64,000 bases of DNA. It comes from an uncultured Gammaproteobacteria bacterium (GTDB lineage Bacteria > Patescibacteriota > Microgenomatia > Levybacterales > UBA12049). The translations under genes and the position numbers were made by a program. The DNA lies in assembly GCA_964564035.1 (NCBI GenBank), contig CAZLZN010000005.1, positions 1,504-65,503 on the forward strand, written 5' to 3'. A model generated the notes under the pieces. That model was not told the DNA's origin, made no database searches, and saw nothing but the letters and a program-made list of their open reading frames with translations. Every line of letters begins with the position of its first letter. Position 1 is the stretch's first letter. Of the stretch, positions 17,683 to 27,536 are shown in pieces.

Positions 17683-17831
17683 AGCACCCGATAGTTTACG
17701 CTCGGGGTTTCATATAATGCACATCGTAGGGAGCGAAATCCCTCCGAAGCGGAAATCTTCTTCGCGTTCATCCTCGAGCGTGCGCTTGGGGTTTTTCGCG
17801 AAGGGGGATAAAATAATATATACTTAAATAT

Positions 17832-18896
17832 ATGGAAATTCAGGAATTATTGAGTTTGGCTATTCGTAACAAAGCATCAGATCTTCATTTACTGGTCGAA
17901 GTTCCCCCCACTTTCAGACTTGATGGAGTACTTAGATTCGCGACCAATTATCCCGTCCTCCAAACGTCCGTTATAGAGCAAATGGTTTTTTCGCTTCTGA
18001 CTCCGGAACAAAAAGAACTGCTCCTTGCCAACAAAGAATTGGATTTCTCTCTCGGATTCAAAGGCAAAAACAATGAAGAAGGCCGTTTCCGTATAAATGC
18101 TTATTATGAAAAAGGCAATCTCGCAGTCGCATTCCGTTTTCTCGCGCCCAAAGTTTTTACCGTCGAAGAACTTAGTCTGCCCCCGATAGTCCATGATTTT
18201 TCCAAACTCAAACAGGGATTTGTATTGGTAACCGGTCCTTCAGGACATGGCAAATCAAGCACTCTCGCCTCAATTATCAACGAGATCAATATCGACAGAG
18301 CTTGTCATATTCTCACTATCGAAGACCCGATCGAGTTCGTATATCCCAAAGGAAACAGTATAATCTCACAGCGAGAGATGGGAACAGACACTCACGATTG
18401 GTCAATGGCTCTGCGTTCTGCGCTTCGTGAAGATCCTGATGTTGTTTTGATCGGAGAAATGCGTGACCCCGAGACAATGCAAGCGGCCATGACTCTCGCG
18501 GAAACAGGCCATTTGGTATTTTCAACTCTTCACACCAACTCCGCAGCACAAAGCGTGGATAGAATTGTTGATTCTTTTTCTGCCGATCAGCGCCCGCAGA
18601 TCAGGCTTCAGCTTGCCGCTACGCTCAGAGGCATTGTGTCCCAGAGGCTTTTGCCCAAAATCGGCGGAGGCAGGACCCCGGCCGTTGAAATCCTTATCGG
18701 AAATTCCGCGGTTGCCAACAATATCAGGGACGGCAAAACCCATCTCATAGATACTATACTCCAAACATCCAAAGATTCCGGTATGATAACACTCGACGAA
18801 TCTCTTGCGGATTTGGTCAGAAACGGCGTTATTACACTTGATGAAGCGAAATCCTATACTCTGCGCGAGAGCGAGTTTTTGAGACTGATAGGTTAA
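17832..18896 (+). CDS. pilT: Twitching-motility retraction ATPase PilT
   Basis: ASDLHL, Walker A GPSGHGKSST, GEMRDPET and the 354-aa length are typical of PilT. Confidence 0.9.
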   Translation: MEIQELLSLAIRNKASDLHLLVEVPPTFRLDGVLRFATNYPVLQTSVIEQMVFSLLTPEQKELLLANKELDFSLGFKGKNNEEGRFRINAYYEKGNLAVAFRFLAPKVFTVEELSLPPIVHDFSKLKQGFVLVTGPSGHGKSSTLASIINEINIDRACHILTIEDPIEFVYPKGNSIISQREMGTDTHDWSMALRSALREDPDVVLIGEMRDPETMQAAMTLAETGHLVFSTLHTNSAAQSVDRIVDSFSADQRPQIRLQLAATLRGIVSQRLLPKIGGGRTPAVEILIGNSAVANNIRDGKTHLIDTILQTSKDSGMITLDESLADLVRNGVITLDEAKSYTLRESEFLRLIG

Positions 18897-18899
18897 TTT

Positions 18900-20105
18900 A
18901 TGAAACTATATTACCGAGCGGTAGGAGAAGACGGCAAGGTTATCAGAGGGCTGATAGAAGCAAGGGATGTAAAAGAAGCAGGCTACTATCTCAGAAAGCA
19001 TAATCTCTTGCCGATCGTCATCTCTACCGGCAACAAATTCAGCCTTACCCAATTATTTTCATTCCTAAAAAGGCCGTCCGAAAATGATCTTATCTTTTTC
19101 ACGCGTCAGCTTGCGTCGATGTTAAGCTCCGGCCTAACCCTCATTCAGGCTCTAAGCATTATGAAAGGACAGATCAAAAATCCGGTTCTAAATGAGACAG
19201 TTCAGGGGTTAATAACAAGAGTGGAAAACGGCTCTTCATTTTCAAACGCTCTGGAAAAATATCCCGGTCTTTTTTCCGCAATTTATATCGCGCTTATGCG
19301 TGCCGCGGAGTCGTCCGGTCTGTTGGATAAGGTTCTTCTGCGTTTGTCTGAAAATCTGGAGCGTAGACAAAAACTTAATTCCAGTATAAAAGGAGCACTC
19401 ATTTATCCGGTGATCGTTTTGATCATGATGGTAGGCGTAATAGGTATTATGATGGTCGTTGCCATCCCTCAGCTGACCACTTTTTATCAGACAATGGGAG
19501 TTGAGTTGCCATTATCGACACAGGTAGTTATCGAATTATCCAATTTTACAATAAATTTTTGGTGGCTCGTAATTTCTGTGGTTTTCTTGGTAGCTTATTT
19601 ATTTCGGAAGTGGCGCAAGAAGCCCGAGGGCAAATATATGTCCGACGCTTTGATATTGCGTATTCCGATCGTAGGCAAGCTGGTCTCGCAGTCGCTTATG
19701 GTTGAATTTGCGAGGACCCTGGGGCTTCTCATCGGCACAGGCTCTCTTGTTGTTGATTCTCTATTAAAAAGCGCGGACGTTGTGGATAATTCCGTGTATA
19801 GGCGTGAAATTATACTCATATCAAAACGGGTCGAAAAAGGAATTTCGGTAGGCGATGCTTTAGAAGCCGGCGGCGTTTTTCCGCCGATCATGGTCGAAAT
19901 GGTAAAGATCGGCGAGCAAACAGGCAAACTCGATGAGTCCTTGACTCGCGTCGCGCAGTATTTTGAACGCGAAGTCGAGCAGACTGTAAAAGTCCTGACT
20001 ACAGCCCTCGAGCCGGCTATTATGGTCTTTCTGGGTCTTGGGGTAGGGTTTTTAATTATGGCGGTAATTACTCCGATTTACAAGATCATCTCAACTATAC
20101 AATAG
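18900..20105 (+). CDS. pilC: Type IV pilus platform protein PilC/GspF
   Basis: Two GspF repeats (FTRQLASMLSSGLTL, FARTLGLLIGTGSLV) and three transmembrane segments. The gene starts 4 nt after pilT. Confidence 0.9.
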   Translation: MKLYYRAVGEDGKVIRGLIEARDVKEAGYYLRKHNLLPIVISTGNKFSLTQLFSFLKRPSENDLIFFTRQLASMLSSGLTLIQALSIMKGQIKNPVLNETVQGLITRVENGSSFSNALEKYPGLFSAIYIALMRAAESSGLLDKVLLRLSENLERRQKLNSSIKGALIYPVIVLIMMVGVIGIMMVVAIPQLTTFYQTMGVELPLSTQVVIELSNFTINFWWLVISVVFLVAYLFRKWRKKPEGKYMSDALILRIPIVGKLVSQSLMVEFARTLGLLIGTGSLVVDSLLKSADVVDNSVYRREIILISKRVEKGISVGDALEAGGVFPPIMVEMVKIGEQTGKLDESLTRVAQYFEREVEQTVKVLTTALEPAIMVFLGLGVGFLIMAVITPIYKIISTIQ

Positions 20106-20475
20106 CTTGTTTTCCCACATGCTTTTCAATAGCTTCTAGTAGCTGATCAATATCATATGGTTTAGCCAAAAAGCCGTCAGCTCCGGATTTCGCGACTTGA
20201 TCTTGAATATTGTAACTTGCCGACATGATAATTACCGGTATGTTTTTGATCTCTTTTTTTTGTTTAATTTTTTTAGTTAATGTACACCCGTCATCTCCGG
20301 GCAATAAATAGTCCATCAAGATCAGATCCGGCTTACTGTTTTTAAACGCTTTATCAAGCATTTTCCCGTTTTCATAACTGTCAACAGAGTACCCGCTATC
20401 CTCCAGCACAAAATGAAGGCTTTCAACAATAGCCGGATCGTCATCAACTATGAGGATTCTTTTCGGATTAATCAT
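20095..20475 (-). CDS. Single-domain response regulator (CheY-like receiver)
   Basis: RILIVDDDP...DLILMDYLLPGDDG...PVIIMSA...K. The start is taken at MINPKR (20475), overlapping the kinase stop by 8 nt (ATGATTAA). Confidence 0.85.
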   Translation of the reverse strand: MINPKRILIVDDDPAIVESLHFVLEDSGYSVDSYENGKMLDKAFKNSKPDLILMDYLLPGDDGCTLTKKIKQKKEIKNIPVIIMSASYNIQDQVAKSGADGFLAKPYDIDQLLEAIEKHVGKQAIV

Positions 20476-22045
20476 ATATGTTTTCCTTAAGAGGAAGTGA
20501 AAAATAAAAAGTTGAACCTTTATTCTCCGTACTTTCAAGCCACATTTTACCTTCATGTCTTCTAACTATTTGTGATGAAATATAAAGCCCCAGTCCCAAG
20601 CCGCCGGGCGCACGGTTTTTTATAGTAGTTTCCCCTTTATAAAATCTGGTAAATACCAGATCCTGATCTTTTTTTGGTATACCTATGCCGTGATCCTTAA
20701 TAGACACAACTACCTGTCCCTCTTTCAACTCTTGATGTACAACAATTTCATCTTTATCGGGCGAAAATTTGATTGCGTTAAGCAAGAGGTTAGTTAGTAC
20801 CTGGCCTATTCTGTCGCGGTCCCCGTAAACTTCCGTGTCATTCGTTTTATCGTATAGAATCCTATGCTTACTTGTAGTCAACTGCATATCTTCTATAATT
20901 TCCCTAATCAGTTCACTCAGCAAGAATTTTTCGTCATTGTAATTAATTTTCCCCGAATTGATCTTGGTGATATCCAGAAGATCTGCAATCATGTTTGTCA
21001 TTTTATTTATCTGCTGGTCAATTTTTTCCAGAAAAACTGAACTCTGCCGGTCATCTTTTTCAAGAGCGGTTTTATGTAGAAGCTGAGTAAACGTTTTTAT
21101 ACTGGTCAGCGGGGTTTTTATTTCATGTGATGCAATCCCCAAGAATTCATCCTTTCTTTTGTCTAAGTGATTTCTTACAGCATTTGCCAAGAGTGTCGCA
21201 ATCGATTGCAGAAAACCGATTTCCGTAGCCTGAAATTCTCTTTTATCATCAGCAAAAATATACATAAGTCCGAACGGCATTTCCGTCCCTTTTATGCTGA
21301 CCGCAATACCGCTTCTGGCACTGTTGTCATATAGGAGCTCGCATCCCGAAAATCTCGATTCGTTTGTCAGATCCTTCACATTAACCGGCTGATCGGAATA
21401 CAGGGCAAATCCCGCTAAATTTGAGAATCTTTTTGCCGGCACGAGGGTCTCGCCGGGGGTAGCCTTTCTAAAGCCAACTCCTGCTTCGTATACCAATTCT
21501 TTACCTCCCGGTAATAGTTTCAGTATCGCGACGTTTTCGACCTTCATCGCGCGCTGAATCAGTCTGACTGTCGTTTTAAAAAGCATATGAAGATCTGTAT
21601 TGGCGAGCGCTTCCTGTCCAATGATATTTAGAGTGTTTTGCTGCTTCACGGTTTCCCTCAGCGCTTCTTCGGCCTGCTGTTGTTCGGTAACCAGAAATCG
21701 CACGGAAATATACTTAATTGGCTTACCGGTCTTATCTATAATAGGAGCTATTGAACTATCAACATAATAAATAGAGCCGTCTTTAGCTCTATTTTTTATA
21801 ACTCCCCTCCAAACTCTCCCCCTGCTGATAGTTGACCACATATTCATATAAAAAGATTTGGTATGCTCTCCGGACTTGAGCATTCTGTGATTATTGCCTA
21901 TAAGTTCTTCTCTCGAGTACTTCGAAATTTCAACAAATTTATCGTTGACGTAAGTAATATTGCCTGTAGCATCCGACTCGGAAACTATGGCGGATTTGGA
22001 CAAGGCTGTAAGCATAGCTTGCACATCGGGGTCTTTCTGGTTCAT
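20468..22045 (-). CDS. Cytoplasmic PAS-GAF sensor histidine kinase
   Basis: The PAS region reads ITYVNDKFVEISKYSREELIGNNHRML. The H-box is FLGIASHEIKTPLT, with N and G boxes LLLNAIKFS and DHGIGIP...GGLGLGL. The start is taken at MNQKDP (22045). Confidence 0.85.
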   Translation of the reverse strand: MNQKDPDVQAMLTALSKSAIVSESDATGNITYVNDKFVEISKYSREELIGNNHRMLKSGEHTKSFYMNMWSTISRGRVWRGVIKNRAKDGSIYYVDSSIAPIIDKTGKPIKYISVRFLVTEQQQAEEALRETVKQQNTLNIIGQEALANTDLHMLFKTTVRLIQRAMKVENVAILKLLPGGKELVYEAGVGFRKATPGETLVPAKRFSNLAGFALYSDQPVNVKDLTNESRFSGCELLYDNSARSGIAVSIKGTEMPFGLMYIFADDKREFQATEIGFLQSIATLLANAVRNHLDKRKDEFLGIASHEIKTPLTSIKTFTQLLHKTALEKDDRQSSVFLEKIDQQINKMTNMIADLLDITKINSGKINYNDEKFLLSELIREIIEDMQLTTSKHRILYDKTNDTEVYGDRDRIGQVLTNLLLNAIKFSPDKDEIVVHQELKEGQVVVSIKDHGIGIPKKDQDLVFTRFYKGETTIKNRAPGGLGLGLYISSQIVRRHEGKMWLESTENKGSTFYFSLPLKENIYD

Positions 22046-22196
22046 ATTTTTGGTATATATATTAGAATAATAGTTGAATATTAAAAACGTGTAAGAATTT
22101 TTTGCGTTGTCATATTTATACAACAAATAAATGTATTGGCTTATTGACAATATTCGAAACTGGTGTTAGCATTTACGTCTATAGATTGCTAAAAAT

Positions 22197-23168
22197 ATGG
22201 TAAATTCTTCTTCAGGTTTTATAGACGACAATGAACTGCTTGATGCTTATTCCGGCACGGTAACCAAGATCGTAGATCGCGTAGGCCCGGCGGTTGTAAA
22301 GATTCAAACAAACAAAAACTTGTCTCCTGGGACGGCAATCGGCGAAGGCATTGGATCGGGTGTGATTATAGCACCTGATGGATTTATTTTAACAAATCAC
22401 CACGTTATAAATAACGCAAAAGCTGTAGATGTTGTTTTAACTAACAACAAGAATTACAAAGCCCATATTGTAGGCAATGATCCCGCAACCGATCTGGCGC
22501 TGTTGAGGATTCAGGAAAATGGCCTGCCGTATGCGGAGCTCGGTAACTCGTCGGCATTAAAAGTAGGTCAGCTCGCAATTGCGATCGGCAATCCTTATGG
22601 TTTCCAGAATACAGTCTCGGCAGGCGTCATATCGGCGCTAAATAGAAACATGGCGGCACCTGATGGTAAATATATCGAAAATATTATTCAAACAGATGTA
22701 TCGCTAAATCCCGGCAATTCCGGCGGTCCGCTGGTCGATAGCCGATGTAGAGTGATAGGTATAAATACCGCCATAATCAGGCAGGCGTATGGAATTGGGC
22801 TAGCTGTCCCAAGCAATACAGCAGTTTGGGTAGCCGGCGACCTAATTTCTTTCGGTAGAGTCCGCCGCGGATTTTTAGGAATCAGCGTGAAGACCCAGTC
22901 GATTTCTGTTCAGATACAAACAATACTTAAATTAAATAATCCGACAGTCGTAGAAGTAATCGAAATAAGTAAAAATTCCCCGGCTCAGCAATCAGATCTC
23001 CAAAAAGGCGATTTGATCTACAAGGTAAACGGAGTTCAGCTTTCAGGCGCGGACGAATTAAGCAGGCTTTCTCTACGGCACAAGCCTGGGACAACTTTTG
23101 ACCTAACAGTACTGCGCGGACTAAAAATTTTGAGCGTCAACCTTACTTCACAGGATGCCGGCAGATGA
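22197..23168 (+). CDS. HtrA/DegP-family serine protease with a PDZ domain
   Basis: Catalytic triad context TNHHVI, TDLALL and GNSGGPLVD, with a C-terminal PDZ-like segment (GDLIYKVNGVQL). Confidence 0.9.
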   Translation: MVNSSSGFIDDNELLDAYSGTVTKIVDRVGPAVVKIQTNKNLSPGTAIGEGIGSGVIIAPDGFILTNHHVINNAKAVDVVLTNNKNYKAHIVGNDPATDLALLRIQENGLPYAELGNSSALKVGQLAIAIGNPYGFQNTVSAGVISALNRNMAAPDGKYIENIIQTDVSLNPGNSGGPLVDSRCRVIGINTAIIRQAYGIGLAVPSNTAVWVAGDLISFGRVRRGFLGISVKTQSISVQIQTILKLNNPTVVEVIEISKNSPAQQSDLQKGDLIYKVNGVQLSGADELSRLSLRHKPGTTFDLTVLRGLKILSVNLTSQDAGR

Positions 23169-23245
23169 TCTCCGCGCCGTATTTTTTATCCGAAGTTGAT
23201 AACAGACTCTGGAAATTGCTAATATAAAATATACCCGATTTTCTT

Positions 23246-24190
23246 ATGATCCAGCATCTAATAATATACCTTCTGGCATTTATCGGCATATGGGTAGGGG
23301 CAGGTTTCGCTCTCAAGTCGGTTGAAAATATTTCAAAAACCCTAAAAGCCTCCTCATTTGCAGTATCGTTTCTGATCCTGGGTTTCTTTACCAGCGTAAG
23401 TGAATTTTCTGTCGGACTGAATTCTGTCTTTATGAACGATCCGGAAATTTATGTTGGTAATTTGATTGGCGCCTCAATCGTAATATTTCTCATGATAATC
23501 CCCCTGCTCGCCGTGATAAACAAAGATGTCAGGATAAATGGCGAGTTCCAGGGATTTAATTTAATGCTATCTATAATCGTCATCGCAATGCCGGGAATAT
23601 TGTCGATGGACGGGCACGTTGACAGAATTGACGGATTAATTTCTTTAATTTTATACATTTTTCTTCTAATTTGTATTCAGTCAAAAAAAGGTGTTCTGTC
23701 AAACGCCGCAAGCATTGGGCGTTCCCAAATTTTAAAAATTGTAAAAAATCTACTAAAAATAATTGCCGGTGTCACAATTATATTTTTATCAGGCCGTATT
23801 GTAGTTGATCAGACAATGTATTTTGCTCAAGTACTTAATGTTTCCCCCTTTTTAATAAGCTTATTAGTCATATCAATAGGCACCAACATTCCTGAATTGT
23901 CAATTGTCGCCAGATCTTTTTTTATGAAAAACACGGAAACTGCGTTTGGCGATTATGTAGGCTCGGCGGCATTTAATACGTTTATTTACGGCATATTAAC
24001 TATTTACTACGGAAAAACCATAATATTGACAAATAGCTACTTCATTAGCTTGTTATTTCTGACAGGTGGTCTTTTTGCGTTTTATCTTATGTCCAAAACC
24101 GAACACAAAATCTCCCGCCACGAAGGCTTTTTACTCCTTTTAATTTACGCCGTATTTCTGTCGGTGGAGATTTTTGGCCATTTTGTCTGA
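23246..24190 (+). CDS. CaCA-like cation antiporter membrane protein (divergent)
   Basis: Polytopic protein with GNLIGASIVIF and IGTNIPELSIV resembling the two alpha-repeats. Confidence 0.65.
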   Translation: MIQHLIIYLLAFIGIWVGAGFALKSVENISKTLKASSFAVSFLILGFFTSVSEFSVGLNSVFMNDPEIYVGNLIGASIVIFLMIIPLLAVINKDVRINGEFQGFNLMLSIIVIAMPGILSMDGHVDRIDGLISLILYIFLLICIQSKKGVLSNAASIGRSQILKIVKNLLKIIAGVTIIFLSGRIVVDQTMYFAQVLNVSPFLISLLVISIGTNIPELSIVARSFFMKNTETAFGDYVGSAAFNTFIYGILTIYYGKTIILTNSYFISLLFLTGGLFAFYLMSKTEHKISRHEGFLLLLIYAVFLSVEIFGHFV

Positions 24191-25321
24191 TGAATTTTTG
24201 TGCCCGATTGGAAGTGTGAAATAAAACGAAGCTCCCTTTCCTTCTTCGCTCTCAACCCATATTGCCCCTTTATGTTTACTAATAATTTGACTGCTTATAT
24301 ACAGCCCCAGACCAAAGCCTTTAAAATTTGTCTCGTTATTTCCTGTTACTCTAAAAAATCGATTGAATACCTTATCTTTGAAATCGGATTTGATCCCTAT
24401 ACCAAAATCGGTTACGCTTATTCGCGCATAATTACTTCGCCTTTCCGCTCTAATAATTATCTTTTCCCCATAAGGTGAATATTTAATAGCATTTGATAAT
24501 AAATTAGTTATCACCTGTATAATTCTGTTTTTATCGCAATAAACATCTATATCTCGTTTTATATCAGTAATAATTTCATGATTTATCCTCAGATCCGCGA
24601 TATTATCAATCCCCTCCTGAATGCACTCTCTTATAGAGGTGTTTGAGAAGCTATAGCTGAGTTTTTTTGATTTCAGCTTGGACACATCCATAAGATCGTT
24701 AATAAATTCCGTAAGTGCATTTATCTTATTTTCGATTTTATTTAAATAATTTATATCATCTTCATGTTTATTATTAAGTATATTTTTTTTGAGCAGTTGT
24801 AAATAAGCCTTTTGGCTGGTTATAGGCGACTTTAGTTCATGAGAAGCAACGGACAAAAAATGTTCCAGAATTCTGTTCTGTTGTTCGGCCTGTTTTCTGG
24901 CCAATTTTTCCTTTATGAGCAGTTCTTCCTTTGAGGCTTCCGAGTTCTTCTTGGCTTCGCTTACAATGCTTATAATAAGACCTTCTGTAAAAAAGATAAC
25001 GAAAGTATTTATTATACTAATCAGCTCTTGACTGCTTAGTGTTCCGTTTTGCACAAATATAATAAATATGACCGCTATACTGCCTATTGTCGCAACTAGA
25101 CTCGGTTTAAATCCGCCATGCCACGATACTGCAAGCACAGCAATTCCAAAAATTATATAAATTGCGTTTGTCTGAAGTAATGATCCAAATATTAATTGAA
25201 AAAAGAGAGCCGCAGAGACCGCGAATAATGCAAATAAGTAGGGATTAACAGGATGTTTAGTAACAAAAAGGTTTTTATTATGCAGGCTGTTTTTTAGAGC
25301 CATTTCGAACAGAGTATACAA
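24140..25321 (-). CDS. Membrane sensor histidine kinase (orphan)
   Basis: Four N-terminal transmembrane helices, then H-box FLSVASHELKSPIT, LLSNAIKYS, and DFGIGI...GFGLGLYIS. Confidence 0.85.
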   Translation of the reverse strand: MYTLFEMALKNSLHNKNLFVTKHPVNPYLFALFAVSAALFFQLIFGSLLQTNAIYIIFGIAVLAVSWHGGFKPSLVATIGSIAVIFIIFVQNGTLSSQELISIINTFVIFFTEGLIISIVSEAKKNSEASKEELLIKEKLARKQAEQQNRILEHFLSVASHELKSPITSQKAYLQLLKKNILNNKHEDDINYLNKIENKINALTEFINDLMDVSKLKSKKLSYSFSNTSIRECIQEGIDNIADLRINHEIITDIKRDIDVYCDKNRIIQVITNLLSNAIKYSPYGEKIIIRAERRSNYARISVTDFGIGIKSDFKDKVFNRFFRVTGNNETNFKGFGLGLYISSQIISKHKGAIWVESEEGKGASFYFTLPIGHKNSSDKMAKNLHRQKYGVN

Positions 25322-25355
25322 TTATTTATTTTCAAAAACAATAAGAAAAATATTT

Positions 25356-26120
25356 TCACTCATCTAATTTGTAAGGCAATATGTGTTTGAAAATCTGACC
25401 TTCGATTCTCTCAAGTATCTTCGCGGCATTAGTATATTTACTCACAATTTTCTCATCAGGCGTATTCTTATCAAATTTTAAATACATGACCTCATCCGCT
25501 TCTTTATAACTAAATCCGAATTCACCTTCGTCTGTTTGATTCTCCCAGAGATTAGCAGACGGCGCCTTGTTGATTATAAACTGCGGCACGCCCAATTCTT
25601 CTGCAATTTGATAAACTTGTGTTTTATACAAATGTACAATTGGCTCGATATCCGATGCCGCGTCTCCGAATCTCGTGAAATATCCCAGATAATGCTCCGA
25701 ACGGTTTTCTGTCCCGCATACAATTGCGTCAAATTTTTTAGCCATATCAAATAGATAAATCATCCTGACTCTTGCCATGATATTTCCTAATCTGATTTCG
25801 CTTTTGGCTTTTAAACTTTTACTGAGCGTATCAACGCTTTCTCTGATCGATAAATTGAAGAAGTTCTCAGGCGGTATCCCCGCGCTTTGGGTAAGTATTT
25901 CTGCATCCTTTACAGTTTGATCAAAATAATATAAATGTGTGACCATTATAGACTCGGCAGGCAGAACGCTTTTTAATAAATATAAACTTACCGCGGAATC
26001 TATCCCCCCGGATAATCCCAGAACCACTTTCCCCTTTTTAGTTTTTTCAAATACAGAACGCAAAAAAGATTTTATTTTTTCTACCTCTGCTTTCGCGTCG
26101 ATTTTTAATTCTTTATTCAT
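25356..26120 (-). CDS. nadE: NH3-dependent NAD+ synthetase
   Basis: PP-loop VLGLSGGIDSAV and the 254-aa length. Confidence 0.85.
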   Translation of the reverse strand: MNKELKIDAKAEVEKIKSFLRSVFEKTKKGKVVLGLSGGIDSAVSLYLLKSVLPAESIMVTHLYYFDQTVKDAEILTQSAGIPPENFFNLSIRESVDTLSKSLKAKSEIRLGNIMARVRMIYLFDMAKKFDAIVCGTENRSEHYLGYFTRFGDAASDIEPIVHLYKTQVYQIAEELGVPQFIINKAPSANLWENQTDEGEFGFSYKEADEVMYLKFDKNTPDEKIVSKYTNAAKILERIEGQIFKHILPYKLDE

Positions 26121-26682
26121 ACAGATGAAATTTCTTTATATACTCATGTACTTCAGGTGCTACAAATCTTTCTATGCTCTTGCCATTTTTTATAGCGTTT
26201 CTGACACGCGTCGCGCTGTCGGCGATCGGTATATATTCAGGATCTTTTAGAATTGTACAGTTTTCAGGTAATTTATCAACAGGATGTCCGACCCTTGAAA
26301 CTATTATAAAAGGTATCTCTTTTTCAATTTCCTCCCAATGTGTCCATTTGTGAAAGCTCGGTATCTGATCCGACCCGCATACAAATACAAATTCAAAATC
26401 TGGATTTTCAGATCTCAATTTCCGCAAAACCGTTATCGTCTCAGTTGTGCCCCCGATTTCAATTGCTGTGTTATTTACGCTCATATTATTTACAAGTACT
26501 GATTCTATCATCGCTATTCTATGCGCGGGAGAAGCAATGATCGGATTCCATTGATGCTGATTGTCCGGCACGAACCAAACCTCATCGGCCTGTTTTGCTC
26601 TTAGCACGGCTTTTGCGAGATGAATATGTCCGTTATGCACTGGATCGAACCTTCCTCCGAATATCGCTATCCTCTTTTTCAT
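26113..26682 (-). CDS. nadD: Nicotinate-nucleotide adenylyltransferase
   Basis: IAIFGGRFDPVHNGHIHLA is the (H/T)xGH motif. The gene overlaps nadE by 8 nt. Confidence 0.85.
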   Translation of the reverse strand: MKKRIAIFGGRFDPVHNGHIHLAKAVLRAKQADEVWFVPDNQHQWNPIIASPAHRIAMIESVLVNNMSVNNTAIEIGGTTETITVLRKLRSENPDFEFVFVCGSDQIPSFHKWTHWEEIEKEIPFIIVSRVGHPVDKLPENCTILKDPEYIPIADSATRVRNAIKNGKSIERFVAPEVHEYIKKFHLYE

Positions 26683-26687
26683 ATTAT

Positions 26688-27536
26688 TTAAAAAACACCC
26701 TTACTTTCATCCAAAAAATTATCATACAATTTTATTAATCTCTTAATACTATCACTGATTTCGTTATATCTGTAATCATCAATTTGAATTAGCGGAACAA
26801 TTTTAGAACTCGTGCTTGTTACAAATGCTCCATCATATTTGCTCAAATCAGAATAAGGAATATTTTTCTCCTCTATTTTGTATCCATTTTTTGAAGCACA
26901 ATCAATTACAGTCATCCGGGTTACTCCCTCAAGGACTTTATTCGTTGGCGGCGTAATAACATTATTATCTTTTATAGCAAAAAAATTTGTCCTGGTTCCC
27001 TCGAGTATATTTTTTTCTTTGTCTTTAAAAAGCGCATCATAACATCCGCTGGATTTTGCTTTTGTATAAAACAAATAGCTCGGCAGCATATTTAGCGTCT
27101 TTGCGTTTGGCAAAAACCTTTCATATTCCACAGTCATGACTGTAGCGCCTTTGGAATACAGCTTTCTATCCGGATAAAGCGGTGCGAGTGGCAAAATAAA
27201 AAGCTCCGCGTCCCGGGCTGTTTTCGCGCCCATCAGAAGCATTTTGATATTCGCGCTCTCAATTTTATTCGTTTCAATTAAATCTCTAATATACTTATCA
27301 ATTTTTGGTTTTTCAAATTCATGTTCCAGACTTATAATCTTGGCAGAAAACAGTAGTCTGTCGATATGCTGTTTTACGAAATACAAAATTCCGTTTCTGA
27401 CTTTGAGAGTTTCGTATACCCCGAATCCGTACTGAAAATTTATATTTTCGATCGGCACAACCGCATTATTCATTGATAACACTTTTCCGTTTTTTGAAAA
27501 ATAATTAAAACTCATAATCTTGAAATTATATATCAA
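26688..27536 (-). CDS. Class IV (branched-chain/D-amino-acid) aminotransferase
   Basis: YGFGVYETLKV, ILEGTRTNFFAI and ILEGVTRMTVI fit fold-type IV. The true start is probably a downstream Met. Confidence 0.75.
   Translation of the reverse strand: MIYNFKIMSFNYFSKNGKVLSMNNAVVPIENINFQYGFGVYETLKVRNGILYFVKQHIDRLLFSAKIISLEHEFEKPKIDKYIRDLIETNKIESANIKMLLMGAKTARDAELFILPLAPLYPDRKLYSKGATVMTVEYERFLPNAKTLNMLPSYLFYTKAKSSGCYDALFKDKEKNILEGTRTNFFAIKDNNVITPPTNKVLEGVTRMTVIDCASKNGYKIEEKNIPYSDLSKYDGAFVTSTSSKIVPLIQIDDYRYNEISDSIKRLIKLYDNFLDESKGVF

Noticed and set aside
22046-22150. N-terminal extensions in the ORF track. They affect the HK (to 22150), RR (to 20556), dus (to 41466), tyrS (to 50356), rnc (to 46303), infC (to 58273), the FabI-like gene (to 7324) and 7431-8531.
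   Set aside because: The extensions translate AT-rich promoter DNA or hairpin repeats (for example MSISQYIYLLYKYDN...) or overlap the upstream gene. Homology and -10 box placement support the internal starts given in the feature list.
24140-24190. A 51-nt convergent overlap between the CaCA-like gene and the orphan histidine kinase, considered as a possible regulatory antisense arrangement.
   Set aside because: Both ORF ends lie in poorly conserved C-terminal tails. The overlap is more simply explained by tail extension in a compact genome, and there is no structure or motif in the overlap.
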